Source: Candidatus Pampinifervens sinense (GTDB lineage Bacteria > Aquificota > Aquificia > Aquificales > Aquificaceae). From it: DNA of 64,000 bases. The stretch is from contig JAXSPP010000007.1 of the NCBI GenBank assembly GCA_037927135.1, positions 15,494-79,493 on the forward strand, given 5' to 3'. The position numbers and the translations under genes are program-made. The notes beneath the pieces are model-generated. The model saw only the letters and a program-made list of their open reading frames with translations, was not told the origin of the DNA and made no database searches. Positions 9,452-18,170 of this stretch are shown here, in pieces. Positions within the stretch are counted from its first letter, which is position 1. Each line of letters starts with the position of its first letter.

Positions 9452-10150
9452 TTAGTGTTCCTCATGGGCTACAGCACCAGCAAGATAAACCACAGAAAGT
9501 ATCATAAATATGTAGGATTGTATAAATACGGCGAGGAACTTGATGGCTATTATAAACAGTAGGAAGACAGGCGAAACGGCCATAGTGAATGGGTTTTGGA
9601 CCACAAGGCCCACCAAAACTACCAGAAGCAAGGCGCCACCCTTCATGTTGGCAAAAAGCCTGAGGGTGAGGGTTATGGGCCTTGCAAGATGGGAAACTAT
9701 TTCTATTACAAAGAAAACGGGGGCAAGGTAGGGATTGGGACCCATAAAGTGCTTGAGGTAGCCAATGCCATGTAGCCTAAAGCCTTCTATGTTATAGAGT
9801 AAGAATACCACTAGAGCCATGGCAAGGTTTGTGTTCACGTTGGCTGTGGGGGCTTCAAGGCCTGGCACCATACCAAGGAGGTTGGAGAAGAAAACAAATA
9901 GCCCTATACTTGCTATAAGGGGCACATATCTTAGGCCTTCATGGCCTATGTTTTCAAGGACCATACTCCTTACAAACCTAACATAGCCTTCCCAAAGGGC
10001 CTGGAACTTTGTAGGCTTTAGAGAGGGCCTTCCTGCCAAGGCTATCAGCCCAAGGGAAATGCCCATGGCTACCAAGCCTAAATACACATGACTCAGGCTT
10101 ATCTCTTGCATGGCAAAAAGATTATACCATAAAATTTCCACATGCACCAT
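9452..10150 (-). CDS. atpB: F0F1 ATP synthase subunit a
   Basis: 232-aa ORF with multiple TM segments and the essential-Arg motif LTLRLFANM. An alternative ATG at 10111 would remove the 9-nt head-to-head overlap with the neighbouring P-type ATPase. Confidence 0.9.
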   Translation of the reverse strand: MVHVEILWYNLFAMQEISLSHVYLGLVAMGISLGLIALAGRPSLKPTKFQALWEGYVRFVRSMVLENIGHEGLRYVPLIASIGLFVFFSNLLGMVPGLEAPTANVNTNLAMALVVFLLYNIEGFRLHGIGYLKHFMGPNPYLAPVFFVIEIVSHLARPITLTLRLFANMKGGALLLVVLVGLVVQNPFTMAVSPVFLLFIIAIKFLAVFIQSYIFMILSVVYLAGAVAHEEH

Positions 10151-12631
10151 AAAAGCGTTGAAGAGAGCCTAAGGGACCTAAATACAAGTCTGAGAGGTCT
10201 TACCGAGGAAGAGGCCAGAAAAAGGCTTTCCTTCTATGGCAAAAACACCCTTGAGGAGGAAAGGGAAAGCAGGATAATGGTCTTTATAAGACAGTTTACA
10301 AGTCCCTTTATTCTTATCCTTCTTGTGGCGGGCCTTATAGCCTTCCTTTTGGGAGATGTGAAGGATGGCCTGTTGGTCTATGGCATTGTGCTTATAAACG
10401 GCCTTTTGGGCTTCTATCAAGAGCTAAGGGCTATAGCCTCCATAGAGGCTTTGAGGTCCTTGACCGCTTTGAAGACAAAGGTGATAAGGGATGGTAAAGA
10501 GGTTGAGGTTGACAGCAGAGAGCTTGTGCCGGGAGACATAGTGCTTTTGGGTGAGGGTGATGTGGTGCCTGCGGACATAAGGCTTTTGGAAAACGTTGGC
10601 CTTTTGGTGGATGAGGCCTTGCTAACGGGTGAGTCCTTGCCGGTAGAAAAGGATGCGGACCTTTTGCTTTCTGAAGACACACCCCTTCATGCGAGGGCAA
10701 ACTGTCTTTATAAGGGCACGGTGGTTTTGCGTGGCAAGGCCTTGGGTGTGGTCTTTGCCACTGGAAAGAATACGGAGCTTGGGAAGATAGCCCAAAGGGT
10801 TCAAGAAAGTTCTCCAGAGAGCCCACTTACCAAAGCCTTGGGAGTCTTTGGAAAAAGATGGATATTTATACTCCTTGTGCTTCTTAGCCTTCTTGTCCTT
10901 GTAGGCATAATGCAAGGAAGAGAGCCAAAAACCATTATCTTCTTTGCCATAGCCCAGCTCATCTCCGCAGTGCCAGAGGGCCTTCCCATAGTGGTCACCC
11001 TTGCCCTTGTGGTGGGAGCCATAAGGCTCTCAAAGGAGAAGGTGCTTGTAAAATACCTGCCCGCTGTGGAAACCTTGGGAAGTGCCACCTACATATGCAC
11101 AGACAAGACTGGCACCATAACCCTTGGAAGGTTAACAGTTCAAGATTATGTGGCCTATGACAAAAGGAAGCTACTTTTGGCCTCTGCCCTCTGCAACGAT
11201 GCGGACGGCATGAGGGGAGACCCTTTGGAGATGGCTTTGCTTGAATGGCTAGAAAAAGAAAGGGTAAACTGGCAGTTTTTGAGAAAAGCCTACGAAAGAG
11301 TGTGGGAGCATCCCTTTGATACAAAGAAAAGACTTATGGCCGTTATTGTATCCGATAGGTCTGGCAAGCTGGACTTCTATGTAAAGGGTGCCTTGGAGAG
11401 CCTCTCTAATATGTGTGAAAGGGAATGTCCCAAAGAGGTTTGGGAGGACCACAACAGGATGGCACAGGAAGGGCTAAGAGTTTTGGCCTTTGGCCATGCG
11501 AGACTTGACAAGATTCCAAAGGATGTGGAGGAGGTAAAGATTGAAGTTGTGGGACTTGTGGGCTTTTTGGACCCACCAAAAGAGGGAGTAAAAGAGGCCG
11601 TAGAGACGGCAAGGTCTGCGGGCATAAGGGTAATAATGATAACCGGCGATAACCTTCTTACGGCCAAGGCCGTGGCAAGCATGGTAAATATATATGAGGA
11701 GGGGGATATAGCTCTTGAGGGGAAGGACCTTGAAAGGTATAGCGATGATGAGCTTTATAACTTGCTTAAAAAGACTACCGTGGTTGCGAGGGCTACGCCA
11801 GAGGACAAATACAGGATAGTAAAGGTTTTGCAGTCAAGGGGTGAGGTGGTGGCTGTAACAGGTGATGGTGCCAACGATGCACCCGCCCTGAGGGTGGCAG
11901 ACCTTGGCATTGCCATGGGTTCTGGCTCTCAAGCGGCAAAGGATGCAAGTAAGATGATCATTCTGGATGACAACCTTGCCATCATAGTAAACGCCATAAG
12001 GCGTGGAAGGCTCATAGCAAAAAACATAGGCAAGGTTATAAGATACCTTCTTTCTGCCAACTCCTTCCAGATCTTTTACAACTCCCTTGCCATCATCACA
12101 GACCTTCCCTTGCCCCTATACCCTACACAGATACTCTGGATAAACTTGGTAACGGACGGCGTTCAGGACAAGGCTTACCCCTTTACCAAGTATGAAGGAA
12201 ACCCCATGAAGGAAAAGCCCAAAAGCCCCATAGAGACCTTTATAGGAAGGCATCAGATCATCACCGTAATCTACAACGGCCTTCTTATGGCCATAGCCCA
12301 CTACTTCCTTTTCTTATATATGCTTAAAAACTATCCTTATGAGATAGCCTTAACAGTTAGCTTTACTTCGGCAGTCATAAGCCAGTGGGCCGTTGGCATA
12401 CAGGAAATTTCCGACAGACCCTTTTTAAGGAATCCAATAGAACATATAAGGCTAAACCCTTATGTATTCTTGGGCATCTCCATAGGTGCAATCCTCCAAG
12501 CTGTTGCCGTATACCTTCTCTCCGATTACTTCCATGCGGTAAAACTCCCCTTAGATATGCTTCCCTACGTGTTTTTCATACCAATTTTGACCTTTTTGGG
12601 GATAGAGGTGAGGAAGTGGGTGTGGAGATAA
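10142..12631 (+). CDS. P-type cation-transporting ATPase (P2, Ca/Mg-ATPase-like)
   Basis: 829-aa ORF. Motifs are TGES (LTGESLPVEK), phosphorylation site CTDKTGTIT, MITGDN and GDGANDAPAL. TM segments flank the cytoplasmic domains. Confidence 0.9.
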   Translation: MHHKSVEESLRDLNTSLRGLTEEEARKRLSFYGKNTLEEERESRIMVFIRQFTSPFILILLVAGLIAFLLGDVKDGLLVYGIVLINGLLGFYQELRAIASIEALRSLTALKTKVIRDGKEVEVDSRELVPGDIVLLGEGDVVPADIRLLENVGLLVDEALLTGESLPVEKDADLLLSEDTPLHARANCLYKGTVVLRGKALGVVFATGKNTELGKIAQRVQESSPESPLTKALGVFGKRWIFILLVLLSLLVLVGIMQGREPKTIIFFAIAQLISAVPEGLPIVVTLALVVGAIRLSKEKVLVKYLPAVETLGSATYICTDKTGTITLGRLTVQDYVAYDKRKLLLASALCNDADGMRGDPLEMALLEWLEKERVNWQFLRKAYERVWEHPFDTKKRLMAVIVSDRSGKLDFYVKGALESLSNMCERECPKEVWEDHNRMAQEGLRVLAFGHARLDKIPKDVEEVKIEVVGLVGFLDPPKEGVKEAVETARSAGIRVIMITGDNLLTAKAVASMVNIYEEGDIALEGKDLERYSDDELYNLLKKTTVVARATPEDKYRIVKVLQSRGEVVAVTGDGANDAPALRVADLGIAMGSGSQAAKDASKMIILDDNLAIIVNAIRRGRLIAKNIGKVIRYLLSANSFQIFYNSLAIITDLPLPLYPTQILWINLVTDGVQDKAYPFTKYEGNPMKEKPKSPIETFIGRHQIITVIYNGLLMAIAHYFLFLYMLKNYPYEIALTVSFTSAVISQWAVGIQEISDRPFLRNPIEHIRLNPYVFLGISIGAILQAVAVYLLSDYFHAVKLPLDMLPYVFFIPILTFLGIEVRKWVWR

Positions 12632-12636
12632 GTTAG

Positions 12637-13449
12637 CTACTCAGACTTTATTATCCCCACTATCCCCTCCACATTTAAACCCTCCAAGGCCTTAATCCCA
12701 TAGGGCCTTTCTGCCTCTTGAACCTTTATAAAGTCTCCCTCCATGGACCTCCAACGGTTTAAAACTATATACACCCTCATATCTCTTAAGGACCTTTTTA
12801 TCTCTTGGGCTTCTTCCAAGGACAGAGGATCTTCGTTGGCCACGGCAAAGACCAAGCTTTTTTCTTTTAAAATATCCAAAAGTCTTTCTACTCTGCTTTT
12901 TCTCTCTTCTATCAAACTCAAAAGACTATCTTTCTTGCCCATAAAGGCTTGCACCTTTTCCCTTTCTCTTGCCAAGCGTGTCAAAAAGTCAAACCAGCCC
13001 TTTACCATGTGGGCCGTCTCAAAAAGCCTTAACATCTGGCCTGTGGGCGCAGAGTCCACTATCACATAAGCATAGTCTTGGCATAGGTCCAAAAGGTGGT
13101 CCAAGATGGCCGTCTCAAGGGCTGTGGGTGAGTGCTTCAAATACTTGGCATACTCCTTTAGTCCAGACCTCACATGGGGCAAAAGGTCCCCAAGGCTCCT
13201 TAATACCCTTTCCGTGTATTCTTCCACAAGCCTTTCGGCGGAAAGTTCCAAGGCATAGAGATTTTCTCTTATCTTTTTTACCTCATGGCCTATGGGCATT
13301 CCAAGTATGCCAGAAAGAGAATGGGCCGGGTCTATGGAAACCAGAAGGCTTTTATCTTCTTTTGAGAGCCTTAAGGCCACGGCGCAAGAGAGAGTGCTTT
13401 TGCCCACTCCCCCCTTTCCACCAAAGAAGATAAGCCTTTTTAACAACAC
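12637..13449 (-). CDS. ArsA/GET3-family P-loop ATPase (single domain)
   Basis: 270-aa ORF. Deviant Walker A GGKGGVGKST, DPAHSL, and a DSAPTGQ switch motif typical of the ArsA/Get3 family. The 5' end overlaps the upstream 78-aa ORF by 10 nt. Confidence 0.8.
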   Translation of the reverse strand: MLLKRLIFFGGKGGVGKSTLSCAVALRLSKEDKSLLVSIDPAHSLSGILGMPIGHEVKKIRENLYALELSAERLVEEYTERVLRSLGDLLPHVRSGLKEYAKYLKHSPTALETAILDHLLDLCQDYAYVIVDSAPTGQMLRLFETAHMVKGWFDFLTRLAREREKVQAFMGKKDSLLSLIEERKSRVERLLDILKEKSLVFAVANEDPLSLEEAQEIKRSLRDMRVYIVLNRWRSMEGDFIKVQEAERPYGIKALEGLNVEGIVGIIKSE

Positions 13450-13676
13450 GGCAGGAAGTCTAAACCGCTTTTTTCTAGGCCAAGGGTCTTGTGCCAGAGG
13501 TGAAACTCTTCAAGCAAGTAGGGATATAGGTCCAAAGCGTATATGCCCAGGGGGTTGTCAAGGCCAAAGTAGTCTAAAAAAAGAGATAGGATGAGGAGGT
13601 CCCTCCCATAGGACTGGGAGACCTCCACAGGCTTTTTAAAGTGAACCTCTAAAAAGGCTTTGAAAAACTCCCTCAC
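13440..13676 (-). CDS. Hypothetical small protein (78 aa) coupled between cytochrome c and the ArsA-like ATPase
   Basis: The ORF overlaps the cytochrome c stop by 4 nt and the ArsA-like start by 10 nt. No family recognised. It ends in CC. Confidence 0.4.
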   Translation of the reverse strand: MREFFKAFLEVHFKKPVEVSQSYGRDLLILSLFLDYFGLDNPLGIYALDLYPYLLEEFHLWHKTLGLEKSGLDFLPCC

Positions 13677-14143
13677 TTTAGGCTAAGCACCCACTTGGCA
13701 AGTTCCCTTGCCTCTTGTTCTGTCACATTCTGAGGAGGCATTGGCACATTGCCCCAAGTGCCCACACCACCGTTCTTTATCCTCTTGGCTATCTCCTCCT
13801 CTGCACCAGGCTGTCCTGCAAACCTCTTTGCCACATCTTTAAAGGCTGGGCCTACCTTCTTTGTGTTTATATCATGGCAAGCAAAACAGCCCTTCTGTTG
13901 GGCAAAGGCTTGCATATCCTTTGCCGGTGCCTGAGAGCCTTTCTGTTCAGCAGGCTTTTGTTCTTGTGGCTTTTGAGGCTGTTCTGCTGGCTTTTGTTCT
14001 GTCTGCGGTTGAGCGGGCTGTTCTGCGGGTTTTTGTTCAGCCTGTGGCTGTTGTTGTTGAGGTTGTTGTTCTGCCGGCTTTTGCTGGCAGGAGAAGGCAA
14101 AAAGGGCTCCTATGGCTATTGTTAAAAATAGATACTTCTTCAT
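13673..14143 (-). CDS. Lipoprotein-anchored monohaem cytochrome c (c551/c552 family) with a Pro/Gln/Glu-rich tether
   Basis: 156-aa ORF. Signal peptide plus lipobox (LFAFSC), a PAEQ-rich linker of about 50 aa, then a c552-like domain with haem site CFACH and distal ligand region VPMPPQNV. The C-terminal 80 aa closely resemble Hydrogenobacter thermophilus c552 as I recall it. Confidence 0.85.
   Translation of the reverse strand: MKKYLFLTIAIGALFAFSCQQKPAEQQPQQQQPQAEQKPAEQPAQPQTEQKPAEQPQKPQEQKPAEQKGSQAPAKDMQAFAQQKGCFACHDINTKKVGPAFKDVAKRFAGQPGAEEEIAKRIKNGGVGTWGNVPMPPQNVTEQEARELAKWVLSLK
13940..14086. repeat. Imperfect tandem coding repeats (EQKPAEQ units) in the cytochrome c linker
   Basis: Repeated ctgttctgc(t/g)gg(c/t)ttttgttc-like units on the plus strand. 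They generate long spurious antisense ORFs. Confidence 0.8.
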
Positions 14144-14232
14144 GCCACACCTCCTTGAGAAGAATTATAAGATGAATAAAGTTAAGCCTTTATGAAGTTT
14201 TGATGAAAACTTTGTAGACTTATAATTTTACT

Positions 14233-15606
14233 ATGCAAAAGCCTTGGGAAGGCCGTTTTAAGGAAAGGACGGAGGAATTCGTAGAAAGGTTTACTCAGTC
14301 AGTAAGCTTTGACAAAGAGCTGGCACCTTGGGACATAAGGCAGAGCATAGCCCATGTGAAAACCTTGCTAAAGGCTGGGCTGTTAAAAGAAGAAGAAGCG
14401 CAGAAGCTAATTGAGGGTCTTGAGGCCATAAAAAAAGAGGTCCTTGAGGGAAGCTTTGAGTTCAAAGAGGAGCTTGAAGATGTGCATATGAATATAGAGG
14501 CCGATCTTATAAACAGGCTTGGGGACCTTGGGGGAAAGCTTCATACTGCAAGGAGCAGAAACGACCAGGTGGCAACGGATGAAAAGCTCTACATAAAGGA
14601 TAAGCTTTTGGAGGTCATAAGGGCCTTAAAAGAATTAAGGAAAAGCCTTGTGAGGCTTGCAGAAAACAGCCTGGAATTTGTTATGCCCTCTTACACACAC
14701 CTTCAGAGGGCCCAGCCAATAAGGCTCTCTCACTACTTTTTGGCATACAGAGAGATCTTTCTAAGCGATGAGCAGAGGTTTTTGTTGGCCTACAGGTCTT
14801 CCGACTGCCTTCCCCTTGGCTCCGGTGCGGTAGCTGGTCTAGACTTCCCCTTAGACAGATTCTACACGGCAGAGCTTTTAGGCTTTGGTAGAGTATGTAG
14901 AAACTCCATGCAGGCTACTGCTGATAGGGACTTTATCTTGGATGTGCTATATGCTTGCGCCATGTGCGGTATGCACCTCTCGCGCCTGGCAGAAGACCTT
15001 ATCCTCTGGTCCACAGAGGAGTTTGGCTTTGTGGACCTTCCAGACAGGCTATGCACGGGAAGCTCCATAATGCCTCAGAAGAAAAACCCAGACGTGCTTG
15101 AGCTCATAAGGGGAAAGACAGGAAGGCTCTATGGAAACTTGATGAGCCTTCTTACCACCTTAAAGGGCCTTCCCATGGCCTACAACAGGGACCTACAAGA
15201 GGACAAGGAACCTCTTTTTGATAGTCTTAAAACTATAAGGGATTGCCTTGAGGGCATGAGGCTTGTGCTTGAGGGCATGAGCATAAGACCAGAGAGGCTA
15301 AAAGAGGCAAGCGGTGACTTTACTCTCATGACGGACCTTGCCAACTACCTTGTTATGAAGGGCATTCCCTTCCGTCAAGCCCACAAGATAGCTGGGTCCA
15401 TAACGGCCTACCTTTTGGAAAAGGGCAAAAGACCAGAGGAGCTCACCCTTGAGGAACTAAAGCAGTTCTCGAACCTTTATGAGGAGGATGTGCTTGATCT
15501 TTTGAGCGCAGAAAAGGTGGCAGACAGGAGAAAGACCTTTGGAGGAACGGCCAAAGAGGAGCTTTTAAAGAGGATTGAAGTGGCAAAAAGGGAGGAAGGA
15601 TTATGA
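14233..15606 (+). CDS. argH: Argininosuccinate lyase
   Basis: 457-aa ORF in the fumarase/aspartase superfamily. It has the signature GSSIMPQKKNPD and the ArgH-type N-terminus WEGRF..RTEEFVERFTQS. Confidence 0.95.
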   Translation: MQKPWEGRFKERTEEFVERFTQSVSFDKELAPWDIRQSIAHVKTLLKAGLLKEEEAQKLIEGLEAIKKEVLEGSFEFKEELEDVHMNIEADLINRLGDLGGKLHTARSRNDQVATDEKLYIKDKLLEVIRALKELRKSLVRLAENSLEFVMPSYTHLQRAQPIRLSHYFLAYREIFLSDEQRFLLAYRSSDCLPLGSGAVAGLDFPLDRFYTAELLGFGRVCRNSMQATADRDFILDVLYACAMCGMHLSRLAEDLILWSTEEFGFVDLPDRLCTGSSIMPQKKNPDVLELIRGKTGRLYGNLMSLLTTLKGLPMAYNRDLQEDKEPLFDSLKTIRDCLEGMRLVLEGMSIRPERLKEASGDFTLMTDLANYLVMKGIPFRQAHKIAGSITAYLLEKGKRPEELTLEELKQFSNLYEEDVLDLLSAEKVADRRKTFGGTAKEELLKRIEVAKREEGL

Positions 15607-15827
15607 AGATGTTTTTCGGCTTTTTGATTTTGATTGGGGTGGCTGGCCTCTCTGGCATGCTCTTGTTTTTAAACCAAGAAAAGGTAGCCTTTGTTCTTAC
15701 ACCAGCCTTCAGAGGTGTATACTATATGCTTCCAGAGATGCCTTTGGGCCTTTTGGTGGTTTTGAGCTTCCTCCTTGGTGTATTGGTGGGCTACATAGGC
15801 GCTTTGATCTCAAGGTTTTTCAGATGA
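15603..15827 (+). CDS. LapA/DUF1049-like small membrane protein
   Basis: 74-aa ORF with two TM helices. It has an ATGA overlap with the argH stop and another ATGA overlap with the downstream permease start. Confidence 0.55.
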   Translation: MKMFFGFLILIGVAGLSGMLLFLNQEKVAFVLTPAFRGVYYMLPEMPLGLLVVLSFLLGVLVGYIGALISRFFR

Positions 15828-16804
15828 GAGGGCTTATCTTCCCCCTTACTATAATAGGGCTTTTTGTCTTCTTTGCCCTCTTTGCAGAGCTTGTGGCACC
15901 CTATCCTTACGCCTTGCAAAATAGGCAGGCACCCTTTCATCCACCTACAAAAATACACCTCTTTAAAGAAGGGAAGCCCACCTTTCCCTACGTACATCCC
16001 TACAAGATGGTAGACCCCCTTTTTAAGGTCTATGAAGAAGATAAAAGCGTATCATGCAGGCTTAGGTTTATGCATAAGGGTGAGTATGGATACAAGCTTT
16101 TGTCTGTAGAAGAGCCTTGTAAGCTATACCTTTTGGGAACAGACAAGCTTGGCAGGGACATCCTTAGCAGGATAGTTTATGGCGCAAGGGTCTCTTTGAC
16201 GGTGGGGCTTGTGGGAGTTGTCATAACCTTCTTCCTTGGAAGCTTGATAGGTGGCATAGCGGGCTATTTTGGCGGAAGGGTAGATGCTTTAATAATGAGG
16301 ATAGTGGAAGTCCTTCTTGCCATACCCACCTTTTACCTTATGCTTTCCTTGAGGTCTGTCTTTCCTCTGACTATGGAGAGCTTTTATGTGTTTATTATGG
16401 TTATATTCATCCTTTCCTTCCTTGGTTGGGCTGGGCTTGCCAGGGTGGTAAGGGGCATGGTGCTTTCCATCAGAGAAAAGGAGTTTGTCCAGTCTGCAAA
16501 GACCTACGGTGCTGGAACCCTTAGAATTTTGAGGGTTCATATACTACCCAATGCCTACTACTACCTTATAGTGTCTGCCACCCTTTCTTTCCCGGGCTAC
16601 ATACTGGCCGAGGCCTCTTTGAGCTTTTTGGGCCTTGGCATACAAGAACCTTACCCAAGCTGGGGCAACATGCTTTCTGATGCAAGAAATGTAAACCTAA
16701 TCTCCGCCCATCCTTGGATACTTTCTCCCGGTGTAGCTTTATTTTTGGTAGTTCTATCTTTTAATCTTTTGGGAGATAACCTTTTAAAGGGTGAGAAAAG
16801 ATGA
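15824..16804 (+). CDS. ABC transporter permease (oligopeptide/dipeptide OppC/DppC-like)
   Basis: The track ORF starts at 15575, but its first 83 codons overlap argH and the LapA-like ORF. The ATG at 15824 gives MRGLIFPL... with a BPD-transporter core (SAKTYGAGTLRIL..HILPN). Confidence 0.85.
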   Translation: MRGLIFPLTIIGLFVFFALFAELVAPYPYALQNRQAPFHPPTKIHLFKEGKPTFPYVHPYKMVDPLFKVYEEDKSVSCRLRFMHKGEYGYKLLSVEEPCKLYLLGTDKLGRDILSRIVYGARVSLTVGLVGVVITFFLGSLIGGIAGYFGGRVDALIMRIVEVLLAIPTFYLMLSLRSVFPLTMESFYVFIMVIFILSFLGWAGLARVVRGMVLSIREKEFVQSAKTYGAGTLRILRVHILPNAYYYLIVSATLSFPGYILAEASLSFLGLGIQEPYPSWGNMLSDARNVNLISAHPWILSPGVALFLVVLSFNLLGDNLLKGEKR

Positions 16805-17547
16805 AGGATATATTGGCCCTTGTGGAAGAGAACACGTATATATCTGGAAGGCTCTACCTTTTGAAGGTTTTGGCTCCAGAGATAGCAAAAGATATAAAGG
16901 CTGGGCATTTTGTAATGGTAAAGGTCTCCAACAGTCTTGACCCTATGGGCAGAAGAGCCTTTGCTGTGGCCGATGTAAGAGGTGATAGTCTTCTCATCTT
17001 TTACGACCTTGTGGGAAGAGGAACAAAAATACTTTCGGAGTTAAAGAAAGGAGAAAGGCTCTGGATTCTTGGACCTCTTGGAAAAGGGCTTTTCTCATAC
17101 GAGGGTGATAGACATCTTCTCTTAGGTGGTGGCGTGGGCCTTGCGGGCCTCACTTTGCTTGGAAAAGAGCTAAGGAATATGGGCAAAAAGGTCCTCTTTG
17201 TTTATGCGGGAAGGTCAAAGGAACATCTTGGTATGGAAGATTGGCTAAAGGAAGAGGGCTTTGATTATATCCTTTACACAGATGACGGAAGCAAGGGTAA
17301 AAAGGGGCTAATAACGGATGTGCTAAAGGAGTTTGATACATCTTGGATAGTCCATGCCTGTGGTCCAAAGGCTATGCTAAGGGCCCTAAAGAACATGAAG
17401 ACGGGCCACAGGATGTATTTTTCTCTTGAAAGCAGGATGGCCTGCGGTTGGGGTGTTTGTCTGGGCTGTGTGGTCCAAACTAGGGAGGGCTACAAGAGGG
17501 TATGCTATGAAGGTCCAGTCTTTTCTTCCGAGGAGGTGATCTTCTGA
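16801..17547 (+). CDS. pyrK: Dihydroorotate dehydrogenase electron-transfer subunit
   Basis: 248-aa ORF with a ferredoxin-reductase-like fold (RAFAV, GGGVGLAG) and a C-terminal 2Fe-2S cluster motif MACGWGVCLGC.....C. Confidence 0.85.
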   Translation: MKDILALVEENTYISGRLYLLKVLAPEIAKDIKAGHFVMVKVSNSLDPMGRRAFAVADVRGDSLLIFYDLVGRGTKILSELKKGERLWILGPLGKGLFSYEGDRHLLLGGGVGLAGLTLLGKELRNMGKKVLFVYAGRSKEHLGMEDWLKEEGFDYILYTDDGSKGKKGLITDVLKEFDTSWIVHACGPKAMLRALKNMKTGHRMYFSLESRMACGWGVCLGCVVQTREGYKRVCYEGPVFSSEEVIF

Positions 17548-18170
17548 TGTTTACTGGCCTTGTGGAAAAGGTAGGTGTTGTAGAGAGTTTAAGGAGTGGA
17601 AGGCTAACAGTTAGGGCTGGCTTTGATGAGGTGAAGGTAGGTGATAGCATAGCGGTAAACGGTGTGTGCTTAACAGTTGTAAAGATAGAAAAAGATAGGC
17701 TTTCCTTTGACCTCTCTGAAGAGACGCTAAGCAGGAGCAATTTAAGGCTCTTAAAGCCTGGAGACTTTGTGAATTTGGAAAGAGCTTTAAGAGCTTCCGA
17801 TAGGTTAGGTGGCCACATACTTCAGGGCCACGTGGACTTTACAGCACCTATAGTGGAGCTTATAAGGAGGGGAGAGCATTGGTCCCTAAAGGTGAGGATA
17901 AAGGAGGGCTACGAGGTTTATTTTGTAGAAAAGGGTTCTGTTGGTATAGATGGTATTAGTCTAACGATAAACAGAATAGAAAGTGGCATTATCCACATAA
18001 ATATAATCCCTCACACCTATGAAAATACCAATTTAAAAGTGAGAAAGCCTGGAGATATGGTGAACGTAGAAGTGGATATTATAGGGAAGTATGTTGTAAA
18101 TTATCTGAGAAGTATTGGCAAGGGTAATTTGCAAAGTTTATTGGAAGGTCTTTATAATATAGACCCATGA
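17547..18170 (+). CDS. ribE: Riboflavin synthase
   Basis: 207-aa ORF. It has the N-terminal MFTGLVE signature, an internal duplicated lumazine-binding barrel (GDSIAVNGVCLTV and GSVGIDGISLTI), and PHT. Confidence 0.92.
   Translation: MFTGLVEKVGVVESLRSGRLTVRAGFDEVKVGDSIAVNGVCLTVVKIEKDRLSFDLSEETLSRSNLRLLKPGDFVNLERALRASDRLGGHILQGHVDFTAPIVELIRRGEHWSLKVRIKEGYEVYFVEKGSVGIDGISLTINRIESGIIHINIIPHTYENTNLKVRKPGDMVNVEVDIIGKYVVNYLRSIGKGNLQSLLEGLYNIDP

Noticed and set aside
10111-10150. Head-to-head 9-nt overlap of the atpB and P-type ATPase start codons.
   Set aside because: This is probably an artefact of taking the longest ORF. An internal ATG at 10111 gives a normal subunit a N-terminus and leaves a 30-bp gap. 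It is not resolvable without transcript or protein data.
13715-14175. Plus-strand ORFs of 136, 104 and 61 aa, and a 77-aa minus-strand alternate-frame ORF.
   Set aside because: All of them lie within the cytochrome c gene, opposite or out of frame with it, mainly across its low-complexity PAEQ-repeat linker. Their products are Leu/Phe/Cys-rich nonsense typical of shadow ORFs.
14144-14232. Possible ARG box or operator upstream of argH (TGAATAAAG, and the palindrome AAGTTTT-N4-AAAACTT).
   Set aside because: There is only one weak half-site match to the ARG-box consensus. The palindrome is short and AT-rich, so it is plausible by chance in a promoter region.
15575-15823. The long N-terminal extension of the 409-aa ORF for the ABC permease.
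   Set aside because: The first 83 codons overlap the argH 3' end and the whole LapA-like ORF in another frame, and they have no permease similarity. The ATG at 15824 forms an ATGA overlap and starts at the first TM helix.
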